64,000 nucleotides of DNA from Camelus ferus (lineage: Eukaryota): assembly GCF_009834535.1 (NCBI RefSeq), contig NC_045698.1, positions 8,000,001-8,064,000 on the forward strand, in the 5' to 3' direction. A model generated the notes under the pieces. That model did not search any database and was not told the DNA's origin. It saw only the letters and a program-made list of their open reading frames with translations. The number at the start of each line of letters is the position of its first letter. Within the stretch, counting starts at the first letter, position 1. The translations under genes were made by a program, and so were the position numbers. This document shows positions 52,501 through 64,000 of the stretch, in pieces.

Positions 52501-54198
52501 CTTCCTTTGATTGGTGTTATTGGATTACTGCAACCCAATCCTTAGCCTTAATATCACAAGAAAGCTTAAAACAGCAGATAAGAAGCCTACAATAACCAGC
52601 AGATAGAAAAAGCTAACGAAATAATAGTTCGCGTAAATGCCATGTGGAACCAAACATAAAATTATTTATCTAAATTAAATTATAAGATGCATTTCCAGGA
52701 AGTAATCTGCTAATTTTTATGCTTTGGCACTGGGCCATAAAAGACAAGGTATCTGGGAGAATAAAAGAAGCACGTTAATCACTGCTGTCACTGAGACGTT
52801 AGCACTGCTTCTCAGCGTTTCAGCAACGTGCCACATGCGAAATGTCTGCACTGCAACTCAGTCCATCCACACGCAAGCACAGGTAAATGCAGGCATGATG
52901 AAGCGGGGAAAAGGTATCCTAAGATACACACATTAATTAGGTTCTGTTCTGTTCTGTTCTACTCTGCTCTGTTAAATTCTTTCCAAAACACAGTTCATGA
53001 TCAAGAAAACTATTTTACTGCCCAATAAGGGTCATAATCTGCAGTTTAAAAATGTGTATACAAACACACATATGTAAACACATGTATGTATGTATCTTTA
53101 TAAACACACATACACACACACTATGCACATATGTATATACAATATATGTATTATGCATATGTATACATTCATATATGAGAGCTAGATAAACAAGCATACA
53201 CATCACATATAAAGTCCTGCACATAAAACAGTAATTGTTTAATAATTTGGGTAATAATTAACTTCAAAGGCTAAAATTAGACCAGAGGAAAAGATGATTT
53301 TAACTTTATTTAAATTTCTGGTTTATTCGGCATCTTCCCCCTTCCCTTCCTCCACACATATGAAACACTTTTCAGAGACACATGAGGGTGATGAGAATGA
53401 CAATGATGGTGACAAAATAACACAGCCCACCTCCACCAGAGCACTTAGTCCTGCTTCTCAGATGGGCCTCGCTGCCCTTCTCAGATACTTTCTATTCAAG
53501 TGACGAGGGAACACCGGGCTCCCACGATCCATGGGGAAGGACCATGTTGTCCCTGAGTATCTCATGTCATCTGCAAATCTGGCTTCAAGTACCAGGTAAG
53601 TTGCCACCAAGGGCTGGCTGAATGACAAGTGAATGGGAGAATGAAATAATGAGACGAGACTTCATGATCTTGAGATACGAACCATCCCACTCAATATAAG
53701 GAGAAAGCTTTTACCAGGAAGGAGACAAATTGTGTAAAATACGATGGCACAGCTGTTTTCAGAATGCAAACGAAAACATTTAAAAACATTTTCCTAACAA
53801 GTATAACTTCTACTTTCTAAAAGGACACACAATTATAATTTTTAAAATGCCAGTTCCTGACAGAGTGAGAGTTCAGATTATTTTTGCACTCAAATTTGTG
53901 AGTTGATTCTGAAAACACAGCAATGTGAGATTATTTTCCTGATACAATTATGTCATTTCTTCCTCCAATCACTCACCATCTACTGTGGAAAACACTACTC
54001 CATAGGCACTCATATTAATTTATCACCAGTTATGACATGATTTATTAGCATCGTGTAGCTGGAGGTATTTGATAATGTTATTGCTGTCAGCATTTGGGAG
54101 ATTTCTTTTTACTGTATTATTTTCAGAAAGTAAATATTCTCAATATTTGCATATATTTTACATTAAGACTCACAACAAAAATATATCTTAGACTCACA

Positions 54199-54199
<1 letters not shown>

Positions 54200-54231
<32 letters not shown>
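54200..54231 (+). repeat. (AC)16 microsatellite
   Basis: Uninterrupted AC run. Confidence 0.95.
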
Positions 54232-54233
<2 letters not shown>

Positions 54234-54634
54234 AAGTCTGATACTCTTTTTCCAAGACACCAAACCAAACTTTCCTTCGTAGGGGCATTGTAATTATTCT
54301 GTTCTAGTTTTTCCTATTCAATCTTTTAAATGCGGGTCAAAACCTTCTAAGATGATTTTACTACTCACTTGTAGGTGGTCCCCAGCTGGAAAATAAAATT
54401 GTACTAATTCAATCAGGCCATAGGCTCCTGAATTTTATAGGAGATAGATAGATAAAGGACATTTTATAGATAGAATGCATCTGTCTCATAAAAACATCAC
54501 AGATATTCATTTTAATCACTTAAGACTTAAATGGCCACCTTCCTAAAACATGTTTGGGCAAAGTACTGGCTTTCTATTTCCGAGAAAGAATACTAGAATT
54601 AGACCCACGAGCACATAAAATCAATGAGATGGCA

Positions 54635-54977
54635 GAGCAGGGTCAGCTCCTGGGCCGCATCCAGGCCATCTCCTGTGCTAGAAATGGATTTAACGGGTGA
54701 ACGTTTACAATAAATCTGATGGTTGGGAACATTAGACTCTGAACCTCAGTCACACAAAATGTTATCTCCTGCAAAGAACCCCATTCTTATTGATACACAT
54801 GTAGTACAAAATGTTATTATTAACATCTGATTATTATATTTGGATTTCATTAATAATAATTTTATAGACACTTGTTTCCTCTCTTCTTATATAAGTATCT
54901 ATATAATAATCCTGATTTGCTCACAAAGGCTACAGTATTTACTATTTGACCCCTTTACAGAAAGTTCAGTTGACCCA
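54635..54977 (+). mobile_element. hAT-Charlie-like DNA transposon relic
   Basis: Starts cagggtcagc...gggccgcatccaggcc and ends tatttactatttgacccctttacagaaag...gttgaccc. Confidence 0.5.
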
Positions 54978-56243
54978 TATATTACAGTGTCATTTTAAAA
55001 TTGTTATAATTATTAATCTAGACACCTGTCAACTCAGACAGTGATCTGGCTGCAAGCTTAACCACACTCTGGTGCCCAGGTGAGCACACAAGTGATGCAC
55101 AAGGTGCCTGACTAAGCACAGGGGCTCCCCTCTGGTGCTCCGGATGTGAAATTGTCCCCTTGATTCTTGGGAAAACCATTCCTCTAAAGAGGAGACTCTC
55201 TCTGCAGGCAGGGAAACTCAGATACCTTTGTTAAACATAACTTCGCTTTTGTTTTAATAGCCGTAAGCTCAAAGGAAAATTGGGCTTTTCTTTCAATGAA
55301 ATTGTTTTTCCACCTGATTCCCACGATGTCAAAGAAGGAACACGGAGCAGCAGCCGGAGACATTCCACTTAATAAGCATCTCAGTGAAATGAGTACTTCC
55401 TGTCTTCCTCGCAACAGCAACTGCGCTCTGAATCACGGCCACTTACGGGCCGGGATAAATGGTGTTATTGAGCTATCTCATGTTTATTACATTTAGGAAA
55501 TTCTCATTTGTTTTTAGTTGACACGAAGCAGCACGGATGAGCTCCCTCTGTGTGTATATTCCACTGGAAAAATAAAGTTTTACTCTATCCTGATACACAG
55601 TTAAGTTTCCCTGAAATGATGTTCTGCTGTTTTGGGCACTGAGATTTTAACATTTAGCACTGGAAAAACCCAACTTGAATGAAGCCATAGATTTTTCTGG
55701 GGAATATTTATGTTTTCTGCTTTTAATTTTTACTGTGTTTTTCCTCGACTGTTCCTGTTCCTCTCTCTTTCCTCTCCTAGCATAAGTGCTTCTCTTTAGA
55801 AGATGCTGAAAGGGAAACCTTAATGATCTCCACCAATATTCATCCTTTGTTCTCGTCTTAACTAGGGGAGAAGCCAACCTTACTGGTGGAATCACTGATG
55901 GTTTTACTTACAGGCAATATTTTACAACTTTATAAGAATCTTACTTAATTTTCATATGACATATATTAATCAGAGCCTTGTTGTTAAGGTCTTTGAGTTT
56001 ATGTATGTGCAGTATTTGTATGACTGCTTTGGGTCTTTATTAAATTTTTGTTGGTTGTATGTCTGATTTAGCAATAAATAATGGCTTTTTAAGTGAAGCT
56101 ACCATCTTATTAAATTCCCATTTCATGTGAACACCCAGTGAAGTTCATTGGTAAAAATGTTAGAGAAACCTATGTATGAAAAAAAATCTCCAATGTCAAT
56201 TACAAACATCTTTTGGAGAGTAATTAGAAAACACACATGTGAA

Positions 56244-56849
56244 GGAACCCTACTTCAGGACGACACCTGCACCCCAATGTTCATAGCAGCACTATTTACA
56301 GTAGCCAAGACATGGAAACAGCCTAAATGTCCATCAATGGATGACTGGATAAAGAAGATGTGGTATATGTATACAATGGAATACTACTCAGCCATAAAAA
56401 CCGACAACATAATGCCATTTGCAGCAACATGGATGCTCCTGAAGAATGTCATTCTAAGTGAAGCAAGCTAGAAAGAGAAAGAAAAATACCATATGAGATT
56501 GCTCATATGTGGAATCTAAAAAAAAAAAAAAAACACACAAACAAAGCATAAATACAAAACAGAAATAGACTCACAGACATAGAATACAAACTTGTGGTTG
56601 CCAAGGGGGCAGAGGGTGGGAAGGGACAGACTGGGATTTCAAAATGTAGAATAGATAAACAAGATTGTATTCTATAGCACTGGGAAATATACACAAGATC
56701 TTATGGTAGCTCACAGAGAAAAAAATGTGACAATGAATATATATATATGTTCATGTAAAACTGAAAAATTGTGCCCTACACTGGAATTTGACACAACATT
56801 GTAAAATGATTATAAATCAATAAAAGATGTTATATTGTTTAAAAAAAAA
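56244..56849 (+). mobile_element. Young 5'-truncated L1 with perfect 18-bp TSD
   Basis: AGAAAACACACATGTGAA occurs at 56226-56243 and 56850-56867. The ORF2 C-terminus TCTPMFIAALFTVAKTWKQPKCPSMDDWIKKMWYMYTMEYYSAIK is still open. 3' UTR, AATAAA and an A10 tail follow. Confidence 0.96.
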
Positions 56850-57824
56850 AGAAAACACACATGTGAAAACAAATAAAACAATTTCCACAAAAGCTAACTG
56901 ATATAAAAAGATGTCCACAAAACATTAAAAATTTCCCTGGAACAAGATTTGTTCAAGGTTTAATTAACGTGGTCTTGCCACGTACATTACACTAAATATG
57001 ATCTATCTGGAAATGGATCATAAACTCAAATAATCAAGTGTAATACAATGATTTTTTTTCTCACTGCATAAAATGTTATAGTTCATTTTTGCTCTTAAGC
57101 CTCTGATGAAAATAATGGCATTCGTTCCAAGTAAAGGTTTTTTGTTGTTGAACAAAGAATTGTTTTTCAATGACAAAGAATTAGAAAGATTTAGAAGTAT
57201 AGATGTCTGAGAAAGTTCTAAAAAAATACATTAAATATATCTTTGTCAACAGCTGATGCACATTTCATTTCTTAATAATCAAGGTAAAAAACAACCAAAA
57301 TGAAATTATTTACAATTTTTAACACAAGGATAAAAAAATAAACTCTTATTTTAAATTCACAGTATTCCTTTTCAAGTTAGGTCAAGGATCAACACTTAAA
57401 TAGGCTAACTGAGCAGGTCCATTCTCATAATACCGGATTCTACAACAGTTCTTAAGTAGGCAAATAAACACAGTCTCTTAAAAATTACTTATGCTTTGGG
57501 TTCATCCTTGGAAATAAATCTCCTCCAACCACTAAGTTTGTCAGTTACAATCCTTGAAGATTAATACACATCTCGTTGTTTTCTGAGAAGGTAATAAACT
57601 TGTAACCAATAAAAAAAAAAAATCTTTGTACTGGAACAACAACAACAACAACAACAACAAACAGTACATGTTGGACTCAACTGGCATTTGGTTCCCGTAG
57701 GGCGTTCCATAAATTTTAGCAATCTCATGGCGCAGGGTTGGGGAGACTGAAATGGCTGACTCTCACACTCTTTGCATGAACAAATGCAGCCTGGTAAGAG
57801 GAGGGGGTGGGTAACTGTCCTCAA

Positions 57825-58045
57825 CAGGGCTTCTAAGGGCCAGGCACTGTCACAATAGCTTTGTATATAAATCTGTCTGTTTAATCCTCACACGATCCTC
57901 TGATGCTAATATCACCCCCACTTTACAGATGGGGAAACTGAGGCACAGAGGAAGTGATCCAAGGTCACACAGCTAGCAAGCGGCAGGGGCGGGATTCAAA
58001 CCCTGGCTCTTCACGATTTCACAGCCCCGTCTCTGGATCAGCACT
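57825..58045 (-). mobile_element. MIR SINE
   Basis: Contains tttaatcctcac...ccccactttacagatggggaaactgaggcacagagg...aaggtcacacagctag...gggattcaaaccc. Confidence 0.88.
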
Positions 58046-58789
58046 CAGGTTCAACAGCTGGTTAGTGGCGAAGTCAGACCAGGAACCCAGCTTCCAATTT
58101 CTGCTCTGTCTTCGCACTCAAGACCGTGAGATGAGCGCACCGAGACAGGGATGGGCAGCGGCACCGGGCTCAGATCCTGCCTCTGTGGCTTCCTAGCTGT
58201 GCGCTGGGCTGTTTCATGGACACATCCTGGTTCTAAGTCACTTTGACAATGAGACAGTCCACCTTTCTGAGTTGCTCTGATGACGAATGAAAGCACCGTG
58301 ACGAGAGCACTTTTAATCAAGCAGATGCTCAACAAACATGCTCCCCTCCCCTTACACCGTGCATCCTAGTCCCTTCTCTGTTTCCGGCTTATTATGTTCA
58401 AGGGAAATAATCCTGGGAAACAACTGGAATTGAAGTTTGACACGACTTCAAATTAATCAGGGTTCTGTTTTGTGCCAATCCATGGAAAATGCACCGAGCA
58501 AAATGCATTTCTTCAAAAGACATTTTACTAATTGTGTTTTCTGGTCGATTTACTGTCAGCAAGAGAAACGTACAATTTGTAGATAGCTGAATATCTGATT
58601 TTAATTCCCAAGTCATCCATGACTTGCACATGATCGAGAAAATACAGTTAAACACTGGACTTTGTTGTTTCTTTGAAACTCAAAACAGTTTAATTTATTT
58701 ATATAATTGTTTTAAGTGACACAACTTAACAGGACACAAAATAACAATGAACACAAGAAATACACCACACCTCAAATTACAAAACTACA

Positions 58790-59189
58790 TGCCGTGATTT
58801 ACAAAGTGGCTCCTAAAAAGATGTGTTCAAGTCCTAGCCTCCAGGACCTGAGGATGGGACTTTATTTGAAATAGGGTCACTGCAGATGTAATTAAGTTAA
58901 GGGTCTCAACCCCAAATCATCCTTGACTTAGTGTGGGTCCTCAATCCAATGACTTGTGTCCTTACACGGGAAAGGAGAGAGGAATTTGAGACACAGACAC
59001 ACAGGGGAGAAGGTGACGTGAAGATGGCGGCAGAGATCGGAGGGATGCGGCCACAAGCCACAGAACACCTGGAGCCACCGGGAGCTGGGAGGGGCGAGGA
59101 AGGGTCCTCCCCCAGAGCCTTCGTAGGGAGTCAGGCCCAGCTGGCACCCTGGTTTCAGTTTAGGGGTTCCAGAATTGTGAGAGAATAAA
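58790..59189 (+). mobile_element. MaLR LTR (MLT1C-like), 3'-truncated
   Basis: Contains aaagatgtgttcaagtcc...gcagatgtaattaagttaag...gaagatggcggcagagatcgg...gagagaataaa. Confidence 0.85.
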
Positions 59190-60104
59190 GCCCTACGAAA
59201 TGAATACACTATATTTTTGCACAGAAAAAGAATCACACGGAGTGAAAATACTCTTTACTTGAAAGTGACCCTGCCTTTTCACCTTCCTGAAGCAGTGGGA
59301 GGAAGATTTACAGAATATTTCTAAGAACATAATCTAAACATACAATTCAACACATATGTTGATTCTATAAAATTATTTAAGAAAATGTATTTAAACCTAT
59401 CATTTTTATTAAGAATAACAGACATTACTCCCCCCCCCCCCGATTTTCTAGTTTCCTTCTTTAGGGAAGAGTAAATAACTGACTTAGAAAAGAAAACATT
59501 TTGAACTCATTTGTTAATGGAGGAAAAAGACCCTGAGAAGAGCTTTAGTCCTAGAAATCACAAGGGCAGCTTCCAAGTGCTGCTTTGGATGCGGTGTGGC
59601 CGCTCTGGGCTTCGATGCTGCGGGACGTGGGAGGTGACAGCCCCACAGTGCTCCCTCCCCCTCCCCGTGCTCCCCCCAGGCACCCAGCCTCCCCCACGCT
59701 CCTCTCCCTCTCTGCGAACTCCCACCCCTGCACCTGTGCTGTGAAGCCTCCCGTCCTCGCCTCCCCTTTCACCTCTTGTCTTACCAGCTTCCCCTCCATC
59801 TTCTCTTCTGCCCTGGCCTCTTTTTGAAAAGGCCCCACGTCCTCCACCTGTCCCTGCAACCACGAGGTGCTCTTAACGCCTCACCAGCTCAGCTCTCTTG
59901 GCGCCACGCCGCCCCAAGTCTCCATCAGCGGCTTGGAGGGACATGCAAACCCAGCGCTTCTCTCCACTCCTCATTCCCCGCAACCTCTTTCCAGCACCCA
60001 TGAGCCTTCCTGCCGTCAGTGTCTGCCTTTGAACTACCTTTGCCTCCCTCCCGCCTCTGAGTGCTCACTGGGCTTCCTCCATGGGGTCTGTTTCTTTTTC
60101 TGTC

Positions 60105-60520
60105 GTTCATATATCCTGCACGTACTCACGGAACACCTATTATGTGCCGGGCATGGAGACGAGGAAGAAAGACTCCTTTCCCCATGAAGCTCACACCCTG
60201 TGGGGAAGGCAAGCCGGAGGGAAGACATCAAAGTACATCTGGCCGTCCCAAGTGCTAAAGAGAACAAGCAGAGACTGTTCCTGGGGAGCCTCTGATGAGG
60301 AGGTGACATCTGAGGAAGACCTATCCTGGCTGGCACGAGGAGAGGAGGCTGGGGCAGGGGCGGGGACGGACTGACGGAGGCCAGTTAGGGCGCTCAGGGT
60401 GTCACGGGTGAGTCACTGCAACGCAGACGGTAATGAACGCCTTGAGCCTGGATGAGCTCACCGGGAAATGCATGAAGCTGGACAGAGAAGCGGTCCAAGG
60501 GCTGGGCCTGGGGCGCCCCT
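60105..60520 (-). mobile_element. L2 fragment
   Basis: Contains cacctattatgtgccgggca...catgaagctcaca...gcctctgatgaggaggtgacatctgag. Confidence 0.6.
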
Positions 60521-60579
60521 ACACTCTTGGGGGTCATACTAACTTCTTGATACACTGCCTTCTGGGACTACAGGTGGAC

Positions 60580-60705
60580 GAGGGTGATGATATAATTTGT
60601 TGTCAAAACTGGGACACCTCTGAGACAGATATGGGGTGATGTAAACAATCGCATTGGGGAAAACAGGCATTGCGTTGTCCGGGGCATATGAGGAAGGATG
60701 ATTGC
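60580..60705 (+). mobile_element. MER96B-like hAT element
   Basis: Contains tataatttgttgtcaaaactgggacac...aacaggc...tgtccggggca. Confidence 0.45.
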
Positions 60706-61414
60706 TTGATTCCATATACAAAGGCCTCCTGACTTTGTACTGCCAATCCAGAACTCCCTGTCTTCCAGAATTGGCTACCTGGGCCTTGTTGATTCTCCCT
60801 TCAGACGTCTATGGGACATTTCACACTTAATGACCAAACTGTGACTGCGAAATTGCCTCCAGAACCGTGCCCCTCACCATCTTCAGCATCTCGGTGAGTG
60901 ACATCTCCAATCTGACAGCAGCCTGGACCCAAAGCCTACGCTGAGATGCCAACAAAGGATGCCTTCAAAATACACCTGTATCCTGACCACGCCCCACCGC
61001 CATCCCTGCACCACACTGGCCCACGCCACCATCCTCTCTACCCCAGATTTCTGCACCGGCCTCCCTAACAGCAGGCCTCCCTGCTTTGAATCTTCCCCCT
61101 TGAGTCTACTTGCAAGAAGGCAGCCAGAGTGAGCTCCCCGGAGCTAAGTCAGTCCTGCCGCTCTGGTGCTCACTGCCTCTGGTGCCTCCTCACTCGAGGA
61201 AGAGCCCAACACAGTCACTTTAAAGTCTGGTGTCTTCGATTATGTAACCTGTTTCTGCTTTCTCCTCCCCCTCTTCCCTGTAAGCAGCCTTCATTGCAGA
61301 TTGCAGACACTTACAGTCCAGCATTGCCTTACTGCAAATGGAAAGGGACACAGGCCAGCAGTGTTCATATCAATCTACCAAAAGCTGACCCATATCGTGG
61401 GTGGGAAAACGGAC

Positions 61415-61791
61415 GTCCCATAGTGCTCTCGGGCTGCCATCACAAAGGACCACAGACTCCGTGACTTAGACAGCAGACATAATTGGTCACAGTTCTGCAG
61501 GCTGGAAAGTTCAAGGTCGGGGTTCCAGCGTGACTGGGTTCTAGCAAGAGCTCTCTTCCTGGCTGGCAGATGGCTGCCTTCCTGCTCCCTGTATCCTCAC
61601 AGAGTGAGGCACAGAGAGAGAGAGAGAGAGCTCTGGTATCTCTTCCTCTTTTCCAACCCACCAGGGACCTACCCTTATGAACTTATTTAACTGAATCACC
61701 TCTTCAAAAGCTCTGTCTCCAGATGCAGTCACATGGGGGTCAGGGCTTCAACATCTGCTTTTTGGGGAGACACAATTCATCCCCAGCAACA
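61415..61791 (-). mobile_element. MaLR LTR (MLT1A-like)
   Basis: Contains ctcgggctgccatcacaaa...cacagttctgcaggctggaaagttcaagg...agggcttcaaca...gacacaattca. Confidence 0.85.
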
Positions 61792-62785
61792 AGGTGAGGT
61801 GTCCACTTGCACGGTTCTCTCCCACACGCCGCTATAATTATTAAATGCTTTCAGCTGTGCCCCTGGGCCTCTTCCTTCCTCCAGTTTTCCTCTGAAGGTC
61901 TCATTCTGCCCCAGACCTAGAAGAGTCTATTACCCCCCTTCTGGAGCCCCTCAGCCCCCTTCCCTGTGTGTCTTCACCTCCCAGGACACAACAGCAAGCA
62001 AGCAGGGAAGGGATGCAGACGTCAGTGGCTGGGGAAAGGCTCACTCCTGACCCAGGTGGGAGCAGCTGCAACAGCTCGGCACTGCCGAGGAGTGGTGGCA
62101 AAGAAGCAGCGAGAAAAAGATGGACCCCCGCTGCCAAAATCAGGACTTACCTCCAATGAAATAGTACATAACATGTTTACCACGTGTGAATTCCTCAAGA
62201 TAAATCAGAATTAATAAACATGTAGCTAGTTGACTGCAAAAAACACTGTATCGAGCACTTTATCTTTTTAGCCTTTCAACAGCAGCTCTGTGCTCCTTGC
62301 AGCAAGCATTTCCTTCACCTTTCAGAAACGATAACACGAGGCCAGTGAATTCCCGAGGACCTAAGTTCGGTGAGTGAAAGGGAAGGTCATGTATGTTTAC
62401 ACTGCTGACTGAAAGACGTTCCGGTAAACCACGTTTTAGGAGAAGTTCACGAAATCCATCAGCTTTTGTAAAATGCTCCTTTGACTGACTGACATCACCC
62501 CGTAAACAGTGTTAGTGCTACTGAAATCAGACAGTCCTAGGAAACAGTATTCCATGAAGCAACAGGAAACTAATGGCCCAATAGCAAAACCTTGAAGGAT
62601 TGTACGGAATAAAGTCAATGCTTGGAGACCGAATCTGGTCTCTTGTTGTGTGTATGAGTCTGCAAGGGCCAGCATAACAAAAGAGCCCAGACTGGGCAGC
62701 TTAAACAAGATGCATCTGTCTTCTCACAGTTCTGGGCGCTGGAAGTCCAGCCAACACCAAGTTGTCAGCAGATCTGGTTTCTTCT

Positions 62786-62871
62786 TATTTCTTTGTCTAA
62801 ATTTGAGGTAGCATTGGTTTATTACATTATAATTTGACTTCTAAATACACTCCAGTGTGCTCATCACCAAA
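62786..62871 (-). mobile_element. L1 extreme 3' end fused to U6, with decayed poly(A)
   Basis: Reverse complement GGTGATGAGCACACTGGAGTGTATTTAGAAGTCAAATTATAATGTAATAAACCAATGCTACCTCAAA followed by an A-rich tail resembles an L1 3' terminus. The whole insert is flanked by AGATCTGGTTTCTTCT (62770-62785) and AGGGCTGGTCTCTTCT (62978-62993). Confidence 0.75.
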
Positions 62872-62977
62872 ACAATAGGGGCCATTTCACGAATTTGCAG
62901 GTCATCCGTGCCCAGGGGCCAGGCTAACCGTCTCTGTATCCGTCCAATTTTAGCGCACATGCTGCTGAAGCGAGCAC
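62872..62977 (-). ncRNA. RNU6: U6 spliceosomal snRNA copy (full-length, diverged retropseudogene; 5' part of a U6/L1 chimera)
   Basis: Reverse complement reads GTGCTCGCTTCAGCAGCATGTGCGCTAAAATTGGACGGATACAGAGACGGTTAGCCTGGCCCCTGGGCACGGATGACCTGCAAATTCGTGAAATGGCCCCTATTGT. It aligns without gaps to mammalian U6, with about 21 mismatches in 106 nt counted by eye. The ACAGAGA box is intact. The sequence upstream of it is MLT1, not a U6 promoter. Confidence 0.93.
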
Positions 62978-63599
62978 AGGGCTGGTCTCTTCTGAGGCCT
63001 CTCTCCTTGGCTTGTAGATGGATGTCTCTTCTCCCTGCATCCTTGCATGGTCTTTCTTCCCAGCATGAGTCTTGTGTTCAAATTGCCTCTTCTTCCAAGG
63101 ACACGAGTCCTACTGGATTAGAACCCGCCCTGAAGTCCTTATTCAGCCACTTCTCAATGACCCTATGTCTATATGTAGTCACACTCTGAAGTCCTGGGGG
63201 CAAAGTCTTCAAAACATGAATTTTGGGGGACACAATTCAGGCCATGACAAGCGCCTAACTTACTACTCCAAAACTTAGTAGCTTAAGACACCAGTCCTTT
63301 ATTTTGCTCACTGATTTGAGCAGGGCTCAGCAGGGACAGCACATCTCTGCTCCAGGCTGTGTCATGTGGGGAGCCTCAGCTGGGGCTGGAGAGCCCTCTC
63401 TCCAGACGGTCCATTCCCACGGCTGGCGAGCTGGCATGTGTGTGTGGGAATTAGGGGCTAGCTGATCTCAGGCCCATCAGCATCAGAAGTCAGCGTTCTT
63501 GGGGGTCAAGCCTCTTGCCTCGTGTTTCTAACCTTTCTACCCCAACACCCAGGAGGGTGACTGGCATGAAGCAGATGCTAAACAAATACTGATTCTTAC

Positions 63600-63912
63600 A
63601 TTTTTGCTTCTTAATAGGCTTTATTTTTTAGAGTAGTTTTAGGTTCACTAGCAGAACTGAGTGGAAGGTACAGAGATTTCCTCTAGGCCCCCTGCCCCTA
63701 CATCTGCATGGCATCCTCTGTTATCAACATCCCCACCAGAGTGGTACATTTGATACAAATAATGGGCCTATGCTGACACACCATGATCACCCAACGTCCA
63801 CAGTTTACATCAGGGTTCACTCTTGGTGATGTACAATCTGTGGGTTTGGACAAACATACAGTGACGTGTACTCACCATCACAGTACCCTACTGTGTAGTT
63901 TCACTGCCCTAA
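63600..63912 (-). mobile_element. Old L1 (L1MB-like) 3' end with residual TSD
   Basis: Contains ttaataggctttattttttagagtagttttaggttcac...ccccaccagagtggtacatttg...agggttcactcttggtg. Flanked by AAATACTGATT at 63584-63594 and 63913-63923. Confidence 0.82.
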
Positions 63913-64000
63913 AAATACTGATTTTTTAAATGAGCAAAGAAGGTACACTTACTAGGGAGACTCAAAAGGGTTGGGTACTGATGTACTACTGTCCCCTCTA

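Larger units (their letters stand above)
62651..63249 (-). mobile_element. MaLR LTR (MLT1B-like), host of the U6/L1 chimera
   Basis: gcataacaaa...agactgggcagcttaaacaa...ctcacagttctgg before the insert; resumes at 62978 with ...cttctgaggcctctctccttggcttgtagatgg...gggggacacaattcag. Confidence 0.82.

Noticed and set aside
62872..62977. Functional U6 gene
   Set aside because: It is about 20% diverged from a nearly invariant RNA, the upstream sequence is MLT1 rather than PSE/TATA, and it is fused to L1 and bounded by a TSD.

Overview
Mammalian genomic DNA lying entirely inside CTNND2 (delta-catenin), which is transcribed on the minus strand. The young L1 3' ends and the lack of Alu/B1/Bov/PRE/Can SINEs suggest a camelid; this is an inference. 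Only one coding exon is present (11762-11894, 133 nt, start of the armadillo-repeat domain). The rest is intron, rich in transposable elements: MIR, L2, a MamSINE1-like SINE, MaLR/ERVL/ERV1 LTRs, hAT and Tigger-like DNA transposons and 5'-truncated L1s. Most notable are (i) a U6 snRNA/L1 chimeric retrocopy with a target-site duplication (TSD) at 62786-62977, (ii) a 6.85-kb two-LTR ERV1 provirus with a collapsed gag and a twin-primed L1 inside it, (iii) a perfect 30-bp palindrome next to a full CRE, and (iv) a homeodomain-site-rich candidate enhancer near 49.1-49.5 kb. No other ORF in the track looks like a host gene. I do not see convincing evidence of a wholly new biological system. Repeat family names come from recalled consensus sequences and need Dfam/RepeatMasker confirmation; boundaries without a TSD are approximate.
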